Shown here one piece after another: positions 50,429 through 63,831 of a stretch of 64,000 nt of DNA. Each line of letters starts with the position of its first letter. Position 1 is the stretch's first letter. Source of the DNA: Anolis carolinensis (taxonomy: Eukaryota). Below the pieces are notes generated by a model. It worked only from the letters and a program-made list of their open reading frames with translations, did no database searches and was not told the origin of the DNA. Location: assembly GCF_035594765.1 (NCBI RefSeq), contig NC_085845.1, positions 74,766,024 to 74,830,023 of the forward strand. Reading direction: 5' to 3'. The position numbers and the translations under genes are program-made.

Positions 50429-53337
50429 CTGCAGATGCAGAGGAAGTTAGAAGTGGTGAATGTATTTTGCATCCTGGCTCAGACATAATAAAAGATTATT
50501 AGGCCACGTGCAAAAAATAGCCTGTTTCAAACAGCACTACAGAGCTGCGTTTCAGCTTGAAAAGTCAGGGTGAAATTACATCAGCAGCATCTCTATTCAG
50601 GACCTGGGCCCTATTTCTAATTAAGAAGATGTCATTCCCAATTAATTATTTCCACACATCAATAGGACTTCAGTGTTAAAAGCACACACATATACACGAA
50701 TTAAATAAGTCTTGTGATAATGGTGCAAACCAGACACATCTGTTTCATTTTGGAGCCCTTCCTGAAGGAAGTGATCTGTTCCAAATGTAAGTTTCTCACA
50801 TTAATCCTTTGATTCATTTCTGTTTATAGAAAGACATCTCCCTCTTACAGTAATGTTTTGGAAATGGTATAAAATATTATATTCAGGAAAAAACAATTCA
50901 GCTAGAATATGCTCACTAAGACACAAAGTGAGATCTTCCGGACTTTCAAAACTGTTATTCAGATTCTGAAAAAGGAATAAAATCTCAATTGTTTTTATAT
51001 AAAAATGGGATTTCTCAATGCCTGATCAGTCATTTGAATATCTAATACCATTGTCTGGGATTTTGAAGTTAGGATCTTGGATAGTTCTTCTATACACCCC
51101 AATACATATAGATACAGAAATACTTTTTAATAACTACTCAATACGATAGCAAAAATACACCTGTTTGTTTATATAGGCAGAGTATGCAATAAATATTGTG
51201 TCAAAAACCGAGGGGTAAAGGAAGCCAGGACTGCTCAATCCATGTTACAAATAGCATTTGTAACAAAATATGGCAGTTTGGAAGGCTCTTGTTCAGGTGC
51301 AATCCACCCATCTATTCCTTATTTCAGAACAGCCCACATTCTCTTCCTGGGATTTTTAAAAGGGTTTTATTTGGTTCAGCTGAAGACTGAATTCAAAGGA
51401 AAAATTGGCCTGATTCAGTCCAATCTAAAATTAACCCAGATTGTTTCTGGCCAGATGGGTTAGTGACTGGCTTATATGAACTCAAAGACCTCCACTACAT
51501 TCTGGGTCTCTCTGGATTAACAAGAACATCAGAGGTAGTGGGGTCAGCATATGAGGAATAGTCTATAGTGCTGTATTATAGGGAGAGACATAAGTGGGGA
51601 TGGGATTCTAGGCCAGCCTCCAATTCAAGGCAAGTTTCATTAGTACTTCCTGATACTTCCACTTGCAGTGTCTTCACAGAACACTTTTGTCTAATGTCAC
51701 ACATTATCTTGTTTTCTCCTTTCCTCATCCTTTAGCTAGGCAGAGAGGGACTGAGAGATCAATTTGATGAGACTACTGTCAGATCGCCCAATTCCTCCTT
51801 ATGCATTATTTGTTTGTTGTCAAAAGTGTGAGGCTTTAAAGAAAATATAGTGTCCTCTGGAGTTTCTTGGGCATGTATGTGAATTTCTAGGATTTTCCCT
51901 ATTTTTCTAAGGCTTACTTTAACTGAACCATTATGTGATTCTATGTTTATGTCTTTAAAGTTTCACTTCTTTTTTTTTTTAGATCTAATTTTATTAAAAT
52001 ACACAAAGACACACAGTGTGACATACATGGCAGTTCAAAATATAATTTCCCATTTTTGGTGAAATCAAATAGGTACAAATCTTGACTAAGAGTAACAAAC
52101 ATTTAAGGCCTGAAGGGAAAAAAGTGTTCAATAAGATTTTCAAAAGAGATTTTGTTCAACTTGCGCTGCCTCTGATGTACTACATTTTTGCTTTGAGCTT
52201 AGACAGGAACCTCTACTTTTACTATGCTATTGCCTTCTGGCTATTTTTGCTTTGTATATTCAGAAATTTGGAGCTAATGTTAACTTTGTAGTTATAGATT
52301 AATGTATCAATCAGACAGAGAGAGATACACAGGATTGCCTGCTTCTTAAAGCAGAGCATACACAACACATAGGAACAGACCCTACACATATTTGTTCATA
52401 GAGAAGTAGAATTTTAAAATAGTTCTTTAAAGTTGCCTAACATTAAGCAACCTAGCTGCAATTTGGGAGAGTTAATCCTGTCTTGAAGCTCCAATTTCAT
52501 TCAGATGTGGCAAAAACCTTCAGACAAAAGTTGTAGTTTCCAACAGAGGTGAATAGGAGGAGCAGTAGCAGAAACCTGAATAACAAATCATGGCTTGTAT
52601 TTGCACACTGGTTTAGGCCAGTCACTCCTGGGTCCACCGGGCATGTTCGTCTTCCCTAAGTTGTCCTGGCTCATTCCTTCCTTAAGTTTCTTTGCCCTTG
52701 TAGTTTTTGCAAATACTTTTGTAAAGCTTGGGATTTTCCTAAGCATTCTGATGATAAATCTCTGTCTCTTGAGCAGGGATTGCATTGTTCTATTTCTGTA
52801 ATGACTCAGATTCAGGTGATTACATTTATCCCTCATTTATGGTTTTGATTATTCAGACTTGATTTAAAATCTCTAGGAATTTTAAAGTCCTTCAATGTGA
52901 CTTTATGGTCAAATTCCTCCTGTAGGATGATCTGTAGGAGGATCTAGAACCTCTCTCTAGGAAGCTGTAGGCCCTCCAATACAATCCTGTGGCTGGCTTC
53001 CAGTTGAAGTTGACTTCCAGTCCTGCTGGAAGACCCAGAGATTCCTAAAAAAAGTGTTCTCTCATATTTTAAAAAATGCAATTTCTTTATTTGGAGTTTT
53101 TCACTCTCACTGTGTTCCTGTGCACTTAACCACCATGAATGTGGAGGGGTGACTGTAAGTCATTACTAGTGCTTTACTAGTTGATTTTCATTTGCTCTAG
53201 GGCTCACAGACCCTTCCAGTTTTCTAAGCTGGATACCCCACAGGAAACTGAAGCTGTATTTTCCATGCAAACCTTGAAACCACTCATGGATGTGTCTTTC
53301 TGATGAGAAACTGCCCTAGAAGCACTGTAGTTTTTTA

Positions 53338-53553
<216 letters not shown>

Positions 53554-53721
53554 TCACATACATACATACATACATACAAACAATGATACCTTGACTTAAG
53601 AGTTCAATTCATTCCATGGCTGAGCTCTTAACTCAAAATGCTCTTATCTTAAAGTAAACCTCTATTTAATGTTCTTAAATTGAGATGCTCTTAAGCCAAG
53701 GTTCCACTGTACCCTTTAATA

Positions 53722-53856
53722 CAGTGGTTCTCAACCTGTGGGTCCCCAGATATTTTGGCCTTCAACTCCCAGAAATCCTAACAGCTGGTAAACTGGCTGG
53801 GATTTCTGGGAGTTGTAGGCCAAGACACCTTGGGACTCACAGGTTGAGAACCACTG
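53722..53856. mobile_element. hAT-like palindromic MITE (intron 12)
   Basis: TIRs; TSD ctttaata/ttttaata. Confidence 0.9.
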
Positions 53857-54557
53857 TTTTAATATGTTTAAGGAGGTTCACACAAACCTTCTGCCTTTTC
53901 TGTTATGGAACATTTCCTTACTTATGGAATTCATTTGGAAAGTTTCACTTCTACAGCAAAATGCAACATTCAATTAAACTACAGGATCATGGCTTTGCAG
54001 AGATAAGAGGAATGTCAATGACTATCTAAAGGATGGTGAACATTCCACATTTGTGGGTTTTATTTTTTCCCAAGGGTCACCCACTAGCAGGCACCAAACC
54101 CAGAAAAAAATGGGGGGGGGGGTTGAAACTTTTTTAAAGCGAATCATGAAGAATAATTCCATAACACAAAAAGCTCCATCGATAAACTTCAGTGGACACT
54201 CAAGACAGATAAAACTTCAGTGGGCACTCATGGGGATTTGGTTAATCAGTTAAAATCCATTAGTAAATCAGGTTATTTTAAAACCTGAAAATTTTCAGGG
54301 GGGAGGGGGGGACCCCTCACCTGCCCCCCCCCCCACTTTAGCTACAGCCCTGCCCACTAGGCTTCCATGGTCGAGCAGGAATTTGATCCTTGGTCTCTTG
54401 GGAGTAATAGTTCAGAACTCAAGGTAGTGCATTATAGCAGCTCTCTGGTTTACTGTATGATTTCACATTTTGGTCTTTGTGCTGGTTTGGGGCCCTACTG
54501 AGTGCCAAAACAAGAGACAATAACTGAAACAAAATGAATGGAAGCCTCAGAACTTAC

Positions 54558-54662
54558 GCTTGAGCATTTTTACAGCTACTCTCAATCCTCCATCAGGTTT
54601 GAACAGACCATAGGCAGTTGCTTCAACAACTTTCCCAAAAGCTCCAGCTCCTAGAGTCTTGC
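54558..54662 (-). CDS. KIT: KIT exon 12 (105 nt; [35 protein letters not shown])
   Basis: P-loop and VAVK lysine; ctatag acceptor, gtaagt donor. Confidence 0.97.
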
Positions 54663-54818
54663 CTATAGGATTTCCAGAGATCATAAAAAGTGCAGATTTA
54701 AGAAAACAGGTTAGCCATGAAAATTAACCATATACTGTAATATACAAAATAAGCTAATCAGTTTTGACCATTTCGATTAAACAAACAAATCCAAAGAAAA
54801 GATTCCTTGCACCCATGC

Positions 54819-55035
54819 TGTTGTTGTTGTGTGCCTTCAACAGACACATGACAACTCTAAGACAAACCTATCCTGGAGTTTTCTTGGCAAGATTTGTTTG
54901 GGAGGGGGGTCTCTTGAGGCTGAGAGTGTGACTTGCCTAAGGTCACCCAGTGGGGTTCCATGACTGAGTGCAGATTTGAACCCTGGTCTCCAGAGAAATA
55001 GTCCAGTATTCAAACCATTACATTATGCTGTCTCT
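54819..55035 (-). mobile_element. MIR/CORE-like SINE
   Basis: gtgacttgcctaaggtcacccagtg core. Confidence 0.7.
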
Positions 55036-55102
55036 CCCTGCATCCATGGATTTTTAAAAAAATCATTTGATGCAACAAAAGGAGGGGGCATGAAAAGCTG
55101 TT

Positions 55103-55207
55103 ACTGGGTTGTTGTATGTTTTCTGGGCTGTATGGTCATGTTCCAGAAGTATTCTCTCCTGATGTTTCGCCCACATCTATGGCAGGCATCCTCAGAGGTT
55201 GTGAGGT
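55103..55207 (-). mobile_element. Penelope fragment with minimal hammerhead motif
   Basis: Minus strand cctCTGAGGAtgcctgccatagatgtgggcGAAAcatcagg. Confidence 0.8.
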
Positions 55208-55467
55208 AAATGTTACTATTTGCAACAAGCACAATATCCAGCATAACGATCAGATAACAGAGTTCTTTATTTTATTCTTTCTTTTCACTCAGTCTTAATC
55301 TTTGTCAGTCCTCTCTTCTCCCCATTTTTTAAATTTTTGACATGTGAAATATAATGAACACAATACATTCCAAGCATGAATAGGAGCTCTGGTGTTAAAT
55401 ATGGTCAGTGATATATATTGTGTTCGGCTGAGGACCCTATTATACCAAAGCTAGGGTACAAAAATTA

Positions 55468-56266
55468 CAGTATGACTCCTGTATTTGTGGTGATATGTTC
55501 CAAGCTTCCCATGTAGATACTTGTGTTGGGTTATCTAGCAATCATGTATGTATTTTCAATGTGGGATGGTTTATGTAGTTAGTTTTGTTTGTTGCTTAGT
55601 AACCTGAAGCCAAAGCTGCATTCCAGAGTTGATGGCACCATTTTAGGGATGATGTGGGAAATGGGAATATACTTCCTGGAGACATACAGGAAGTTACATA
55701 TGCCTTTAGAATTTGGGGCATAAAAGAAGAGACTTTATTTTGCTCTTCAAGCTCTTCCTGCCTCTTTACCTCTTCCTTTTTTTGGCTCTTCCTGATGTTA
55801 CTTCTTGTTAAGAGATATGTAGTATCCTGAACTGTATTCTTTTGGAACTAAGATTTTTTTTTTACCTGTATGACCATCATCATACAAGTGAGTAAACATA
55901 TTTTTACTATTTTACTTTTGATGTCTCTGATGCTTATTTTATGCACATGACTCTTTAAAGGAAAAGGGAGGCTGGCTATTTTGTTTTTTCTCACCTCTGC
56001 TCACATAAACTCCTAGACTTCTGTATTTGTGTACTCTGCACCAATATCTAATCATATTGGTATCATAATCCTAACAGGTATGAATATATTCCTAGTAACT
56101 TGAAGTCATAGGTAATAGCAAAACCTATATTTTGACTACACTTGAGCCAGTAGCATTCCATAGAATAGCACTGGAGGATCTAGGAAACCCACAAACACTT
56201 CCTGGAGCATGGAGTAATATTATTTTGGAAACTGGATATTAAGTCCATGGATAAGAGGGTCATACT
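55468..56266. mobile_element. Tigger-like MITE containing a probable solo LTR (55524-56076)
   Basis: Outer TIR cagtatgac, TA flanked; inner tgttggg...cctaaca with TATA-like and agtaaa signals; no clean inner TSD. Confidence 0.6.
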
Positions 56267-56604
56267 GTACTTTAGAAACATGGTATATTTATGTATTATC
56301 TGCAGAATATCTCCAGGATTTTTCCTATCCATTTCCTCCAAACCAGCACCAAGAAATTGTAGTCAATAACCAAGGAAGATGCAAACTAGGTAGAAGAGCT
56401 GTTGTGGGTACCATGGTGTCCAGGGCATGGTGTTTGCAGGTTGCTTTAAATATGTGATGGGCTTTGGCCACCCCTAAAAGTAAAACTATTTCCTCAAATG
56501 ACCTGCAAAAATGTTAAAATTATTGTCCACCCCCCCCCCCAGTACAATAAATTTTTGCTGACAACTTTTAATCCACCATCAAAATCAAATGTGTACAAAC
56601 CAAC

Positions 56605-56731
56605 CAAAAATTAGCCGGTTTCTTGGAAACTCCCATTTGTCATCATATGGAAGCTGTGTTGGGTCTATGTAAACATAGTTGTTTCCATTTATTTCATCAA
56701 CCACTTTCCACTGAATCTCATACTTGGGTTT
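56605..56731 (-). CDS. KIT: KIT exon 11 (127 nt; juxtamembrane, [43 protein letters not shown])
   Basis: ttccag acceptor, gttggt donor; [13 protein letters not shown] motif. Confidence 0.97.
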
Positions 56732-56846
56732 CTGGAAGACAGAAACAATCTTTTAAGTGACCAAACTCCCAATGTGAGGTCAGAAATCAGTTAAAGGATG
56801 CTTACTACATCAGTATTTATTGAATTTATTTATTCAAGGCTCTTAC

Positions 56847-56953
56847 CTGAAGATATTTGTACACAAGAACTATAACTGTGATGCACATGAGACCTGCTGC
56901 GACTCCAAAGCCAATTAGCAAAGGGGTGAAAAGGGTATGAGTGCTGATTTGTT
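56847..56953 (-). CDS. KIT: KIT exon 10 (107 nt; transmembrane, [36 protein letters not shown])
   Basis: ctttag acceptor, gtaaga donor; hydrophobic TM helix. Confidence 0.96.
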
Positions 56954-56969
56954 CTAAAGTGAGATAAGC

Positions 56970-56983
56970 AAAAAAAAAAAAAA

Positions 56984-57017
<34 letters not shown>
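56970..57017. repeat. A23 plus (GA)12 microsatellite
   Basis: Seen directly. Confidence 0.95.
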
Positions 57018-57260
57018 TTGTTTAAATCTTCAATAGAGAACTATAACACCAATTTGACTATCATTCCAATATGACATTAAAGCAATTAAAAAGCTACAGA
57101 GCAATATAATCATATTCATAATCAAATAGAATCATATTCTTGTAAAATGGAAACACTGGTAGTGGTTTTGGAGTTATAGTACAGGAAAATCAGAGATTAA
57201 ACATTTATATAATAGATTAAAATCTATAGCAGAGCTTGGGAAATTATATTAAACAGCAAT

Positions 57261-57879
57261 TAGAATCATAGATTAAAAGAGTTGGACGTGACCACTTGGG
57301 CCATCTAGTCCAACCTCCTGCCATGCAGGAAAAGTAGATTCAAAGTATGCCCATCCAGCCTGTTTAAAAGCCTCCTACACAGTGGTGAAGAAATATAGAT
57401 GGACAAATGTTAACGATGTAGTAGATATAAATCAACAGTAGATATAAAAGAATGATACAAGTATTGTATGATACATAAATATCTGCTATGTGATAAAAGT
57501 AATTATTGTATGAAAATTTTTAAATTCAACAAAAACTATAAAAAACCAAAAAAAAACCACCAAAAGGAGGAGCTTCTGCCACACTCTGAGGCAGAGAGTT
57601 CCGCTGTTGAACAGCTCTTATGGTCAGGAAGTTCTTCCTAATGTTGAGGTGGAATATCCTTTCCTGTAATTTGAACCCATTGCTCCAAGTCCTATTCGGC
57701 AGCAGAAAACAAGCCTGTTCCCTCTTCCTTGTGACATCCTTTCACATATTTATACATGGCCATCATGTCTCCTCTCAACCTTGTCTTTTGAAGGCTAAAC
57801 ATGTCCAGCTCTTTGAGCCGCTCCTCATAGGGCATGGTCTCCAAACCCTTGATCATTTTAGTCACCCTCCTCTGGACGC
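57261..57879 (-). mobile_element. CR1 3' fragment interrupted by an L1 tail (57376-~57556, plus)
   Basis: ORF 57692..57913 ([24 protein letters not shown]); insert matches 60847-61020. Confidence 0.88.
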
Positions 57880-58277
57880 ATAACTTAATCATACTGTTAT
57901 TGAAGGGAAACAAATAATTACAAGTAACTCATTTGCCTAAATCTAGTTAAATAAATGGGATATTGTCAAATCAACATCTATTCAAGTACTATTGATTTAA
58001 TGGGTATATCCTTAGTTGGCATTAACATTGGATTTAGGTGATTAGTTATTTTCAAACCCTGCTACACAGAGTATAAAAGCATGTTGAAGAAGAAAAATTA
58101 AGTATTTATCTCTACAGCAACATCCTAGAATATGATTGTATTATAAACCAGAATAATGTTTCTGGTTTCAGAGAGTTCATAGAGTTCATAGAGTGTAGGT
58201 GAGTTTGTGTATGAGTTTGTGTGTAAACTATATACCTATAATTGAAATGAAGTTTCAAAGGCAATTTTTGCTGTTAC

Positions 58278-58471
58278 CTTTGACTGCAAAGTTGAAATAA
58301 GCTGTGCGCCTGTCAATGGAGTTGGAAGCCTCACATGTGATTGTGCCGTTGTTCTTGAACATGCTGGCATCAATGGTGCTTTCAACGACTACCTTTCCAA
58401 AGGAAGGAAAGGGTGAATCATTATAGCTGGTCTTCACGTCCACTGGAGAAATATTTGATGAATCTGAACAC
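58278..58471 (-). CDS. KIT: KIT exon 9 (194 nt; CSDSSNISPVDVK...AYFNFAVK)
   Basis: ttccag acceptor, gtaaca donor; overlaps ORF 58255..58443. Confidence 0.95.
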
Positions 58472-58574
58472 CTGGAAGAAATAATTTATCTGAATAAAAA
58501 AAAATCAACAAACTGGCAGAGAAGAGCTAGATGCTCTGCATATATCTTCTACTACTAAGTCAATAATAATAATA

Positions 58575-58893
58575 CAGTAGAGTCTCACTTATCCAACATA
58601 AACGGGCCAGCGGAATATTGGATAAGCGAATATGTTGGATAGTAAGGAGGGATTAAGGAAAAGCCTATTAAACATCAAATTAGGTTATGATTTTACAAAT
58701 TAAGCATCAAAACATCATGTTATACAACAAATTTGACAGAAAAGTAGTTCAGTATGCAGTAATGCTATGTAGTAATTACTGTATTTACAAATTTAGCACC
58801 AAATTTAGATGTATTGAAAACATTGATTACAAAAATGCGTTGAATAATCCAGAACGTTGGATAAGTGAGTGTTGGATAAATGAGACTCTACTG
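58575..58893. mobile_element. Tc1/mariner MITE (intron 8), opposite orientation
   Basis: Same family; TA TSD. Confidence 0.92.
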
Positions 58894-60188
58894 TAATAAA
58901 TTTCGTCTTTAAAGCATTAGCTAGGCTTGCATCCATGATAAGTCAGAATTCTGAAGAGTTTTGGTTTATTATTCATGCAAACTATGTCCATACACAGGAC
59001 TTGATAGTTCCTGGTTTGAAAATGTTCTCTCCCACCCACTCCTTCCAAAAAATCTGAATCTCAAACCTTGATTTTTCCATTTTATGTAAGGGACACCATT
59101 TTACTACACTGATGTATATAATGGGACTTGAACATCAATGGAGGTATGTATTCACAAGGGTCCTAAAACCAAAGTTCAGCAGCAGATACTAAGCGACCAC
59201 TGTAAAGTATTATTCTAGCTTTGATAGACTTATCACATTGATCTTTTAATTAACCTGCAAAATATTTTCAACAAGAAAACAAAAAATATGTCAAGAAATT
59301 ATTCACAACTTGTTATTAAAACAGATCAGATACATTAAAACAATGTAGACATTGACAGGCTGGTCTAAAGAAGCAGGTATTCCTGCGATAAATTAGCACA
59401 AGATCTTGCGATTTACTCCTTGGGTTTTGCCTTTCCATGTGTCTGTTTCCATTCTTTTCATGTGTTATCATCTTATTGGGCTATAGTGATTTATTTTATT
59501 TGTGCTAAGTGTTTTCCAAAGTGAAAAACCCCGTGGCTGTAGTTTGATGAGGGTGTGCCATGTTTGAAGGACAATTTTTTCCCTCTGAAACTTTTAATTT
59601 TTCTTCTCAGAAAAATGCAATGGTGAAAAAGTGCTAGGCCACTAATGTATTGAATAGCTATGGTATATTCTAACCCTAAAATATTTTTAAAAACAGGTAA
59701 GAAAGGAGGAAAAGTTTTAAAAAGATCACCTTTCTTTAACCTTTCCCTGTGTTTACCTTGAAACAGAGGAAACGGGCAAGGGAAGAAGAAGTTCAAACAA
59801 TATGCAAACACCAAAGAACACGTTGCTAGAGGAATTACTGTGGGAATGCTCTCCCGCAATTATGAGCCACAACTATTTTTGCAAATGTGCAATTTAAGAC
59901 TTATGTTTTGAATATGATGTGAGCCACCTTGGGTCCATCCTGGAGAAAGGCGGCATAGAAATCTCCATAATAAATAAATATATTATTTTAGTTTGAGAAC
60001 TACAGCAATAAGCATCTCTTCACACTTACTTTGTTTAGAAGAGTCTATCTTTAAAGCCATATTCATAATTGTTGGCATGTTCTACTGCCTCTTTGTCCTA
60101 TCTGTTGTATTATGTGTCACAGTAGGCACAACCCAAAAGGAGACCTCTTTCATGGGAAGAAGTTTCCTTTTCAGAGAGAGTGAGTTCT

Positions 60189-61024
60189 CTGGGAGGAGGA
60201 GTTAGAGATGAAAATAAATGAAATGGAATGGTCGCAATTGTGGAAACAAAGGCACTTGAAAAATTTATCAATAAGAGTTAAAGAAAATTATTATAAGATA
60301 ATTTGGAAATGGTATTTAATGCCATTAAAAATGTCAAATATTAATAAAAACCATCCAAAAAATTGCTGGAGAGGCTGTCAGGAAGTGGGAACATATATAC
60401 ATAAGTGGTGGCATTGTAAATATGTTAGGAAATTTTGGTACAAAATATTTAAAGAGATAGAGGATATAATGAACATCAAATTGGAAAGAAACCCTGGTAT
60501 TGCATTATTATCAATATATAATAATAATAAGATAGATAAAAAATAAAAAGAAGCAATAACAAATTTATTGACAGTAGCAAGACTGCTTATAGCAAGGAAC
60601 TGGAGAAAAGTAATAGATGTACAGATTGAAGAATGGTACAAGGAAGTATGGAAATCGGCAATAAATGATAAGCTAACATGTAAATTAAAAGTTAAAAGAG
60701 GGATATGGAAAAAATGATTTTGAGGATGTATGGGGGAAATTTATTGAGAAAGGACTCCAAAAAAGGGATGGAGGGCTACCGCCTCAGGAAGAAATGAGAT
60801 TTTGGTTAGACAATACATAAGAAATGGCTCGGGGAGGGAGGGGGGATACACAGTGGTGAAGAAATATAGATAGACAAAGGTTAATGATGTAGTAGATATT
60901 AATCAACAGTAGATATAAAAGAATGATGCAAGTATTGTATGATAAATTAAATATCTGCTATGTGACAAAAGCAACTATTGTATGAAAAATTTTAAATTCA
61001 ATAAAAACGACTGTAAAAAAAAAA
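60189..61024 (+). mobile_element. L1-clade LINE, 5'-truncated
   Basis: ORF2 C-terminal CWRGC..GTYIHKWWHC, poly(A) tail, TSD gagagagtgagttct. Confidence 0.9.
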
Positions 61025-62567
61025 GAGAGAGTGAGTTCTGAATTTAGTAATGAAAGAAGCATATGGCTGGAATGGGTTTTATTCAAAACTCCAAAACTCA
61101 AAACACTTCAATCTGTACTGTCAAAAGCTGAAGCAAACTCTGGGAGATTCTGGAAGGTTTAAGACAAAAAAAGTAACTTTTCCAAGCAAAACTTGTAAAG
61201 ACAATAAGTTAGGAATCACTGTAAAAAGCATGTTATGATCTTTCTCATTTTATATTGTAATGCCACAATTCAAACTCTCTGTAACACAAAACACATGTAC
61301 CAATTTACAAAATTTTGCTATTGCACAGCTGATGACAAATGCATATTTCAGAAGAAAACTAATGAAAAACAACTGTTGAAGAATGGTTCAGATAAAAAAT
61401 GTATTATCCGCTTGTAATAAAAGTCCAGAACACTGTCAAATACTCAAGTATTTTATAATCTTGTTTGCAAATCCTCTACCTGCACTGAAAATATATACAA
61501 TCATCTTACAAACTTGGTAATTACCTTTGTAGTGAATTCTTTTCTTTTCCCTAAGCTTAAAAGCTTAGGGAAAGTACCATAGAAGCTACTCTGTGTAAAT
61601 GGAAACCTAATTACTCTGCATCCTGGAAAATTGTGTTATTACATGATAAATCCAAAAGATAATAGCCATACACAGAAGGTATTTTGTAATTGTCATTTAC
61701 AGGGTTAAATAATTAGGGCCAAGAAGAGCCTGGTTGTAAAGAGGTGGAAGTCCTCTGAAGTCTCACTTGGCCCATAATGCCTGGTCATAAATTATAGTGA
61801 CTTCTTCCAGTAAAGGAAGAAAACCCACAGAGTTTTAATGAAAGAAAATGCTAGCTGCCACGTGGGTGATAACATGTAGAGATTGCTTGTCTTACCCCAA
61901 CTTTCTAAGGGATACTGATTGGTCATACAGCTGAAAAGCTAGGGAAAACGAAACTTGAGTCTCTGAGTTGACCCACCCCATAAAGAACAGGTATCATGAT
62001 CATCTGTTACCCGCCTCTACTCATGGCTTGAGGAGGAGCACAAAACAGTTAAAACAGATCACTATAAAACATACATTAATGACACACACACATACACAAA
62101 AGCTGGGTTGCAAATTAAATCTTAACAACCAGCCTCACTACTGGTATATTTAGTGAGTTTCAAAGGCTGTGTAAGCAATGCATACAAGTGCACAGTTTTT
62201 TTGTTTTTGTTTTTTTGCAATCATGCATGGCTATCTGGCTTGTCAAAAGTGAGGTTAATGAACACGATCCATCTCCCTTTCCCCAATGCATTCACTGAAC
62301 ATGTAATTTTCACAAAGAATATCCCAACATATAAAATAACTTCTGTAGCATCCAAAGTTGCTGGCAGGTTACTTGGTGGAGCCAGGTCACACAGCAAAGG
62401 TTCCATGCTGTTGGTTACTTCTGAAACGATCCTCCAGGAAAACTCATTGTTATAGTTTATCAGGGTTGTAGGGCATGATGTAGTGCATACATTTAAAGTC
62501 AAGAAACCAATTATAAGTGTTGGATAACAGTTGGATCTACACATGTTCAAATGTTTTGTCCACTCAC

Positions 62568-62682
62568 CTCTGCTCAGTTCCTGGGCAAATGTACCAGTTT
62601 ATTGTAGGGGCAGGGTACCCTGAAGCCACACAATGAAGCATGCCGTTGCTAAGTCTTTCTGAAGTGACAATCTCTGGTTTGG
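62568..62682 (-). CDS. KIT: KIT exon 8 (115 nt; [38 protein letters not shown])
   Basis: ttttcag acceptor, gtgagt donor; homologous to KIT Ig5 start. Confidence 0.95.
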
Positions 62683-63831
62683 CTGAAAATAAATGGGCAA
62701 ATCAAGGTTAGTTCTTGGATTTCTGTGTTATTGCAATTCCTATTTTACCCATACTACTGAGCAGATACAAAAACATGTTCACAGTAGGTAAGGCACCTTC
62801 CTAAGACAGCCCTATCAATGACAGTGACTCTTACACCTGTGTTGTTGTAATGTTCCTTCAAGGTGACTTTTACTTATGGCAATCATTAAATGCCCCTAAA
62901 ATATTTTCATTCCATTAGTGTGGACAAATTGTAACTGTCCTGACATTGGAATCCTTATCTGAAAAGCTCTCTACCAATCATACGTATAGAGAAATACCAA
63001 TGTTCACGTATATTGGTCAGATCTTTCAAAAGCATTGTATATCTCTGGTTCAGCCACACTTTATTTGAACGACCTGTTGTGGATCCTCCATAGAAGGATT
63101 TGTTTAGCTTCTGAATCAGGAAAGGAGACCCTATGACCCTCTGGGTGTTACTGGAACCCAGCTACCATCATTCATCATTAAGACTCACTGGAACTGCCGT
63201 CCAACAAAAACGGAAAATCTTCTAGTTTCCCATCTCCAGATTAAGTGGGTGAAGATTAATGGTTTATAGATTGCTATGTACCAAAATATGTATCTCTACC
63301 CACTAAGGTTTATGGTTTTGAGCTTCCTTTTCCAGTGCTTTCTTCTAATACTTTTAAGAAATCACAGAACTTATGTATTCAAGAGATTATTTTCTCAGCC
63401 TGAGGGAAGACAGCAGCCATAAACAAGATTTACAGACATTTATGCTAGCTACCTTTGAAAAAAAGCATTAAGATGAACAGGTACACCAAGGAAAGGCTTT
63501 TAACAAACTTATCCTTAACATCCTGTAAGGATTTATTTAATAGAGGAATTGGACAGCTGTAACAGGAAGTCTAGCCAACATCATTTGGTAACACCTATGT
63601 AGTCTTGACATTCAGTCATTTCACATCCTCAGATGATAAAAAAAAACCCAACTACAAACGGAAAAATGAGAACCCCATTACTCACAACAGTTTGGAAAAA
63701 TTGCCTTTTGGACTAGAGCCCCAAAGCAGCAGGTGAGCTATCACTGGGTATAAAAGTTGAGATACCTGGATTATTTATGATGTTATCAATACAGGACACT
63801 ATTTTCTATGTGTAGTCTCTTTTTATTATCA

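Noticed and set aside
62153-62550. Overlapping ~100-aa ORFs in intron 8 as an extra KIT exon
   Set aside because: Exons 8 and 9 join in frame, and the ORFs have no Ig-like pattern.
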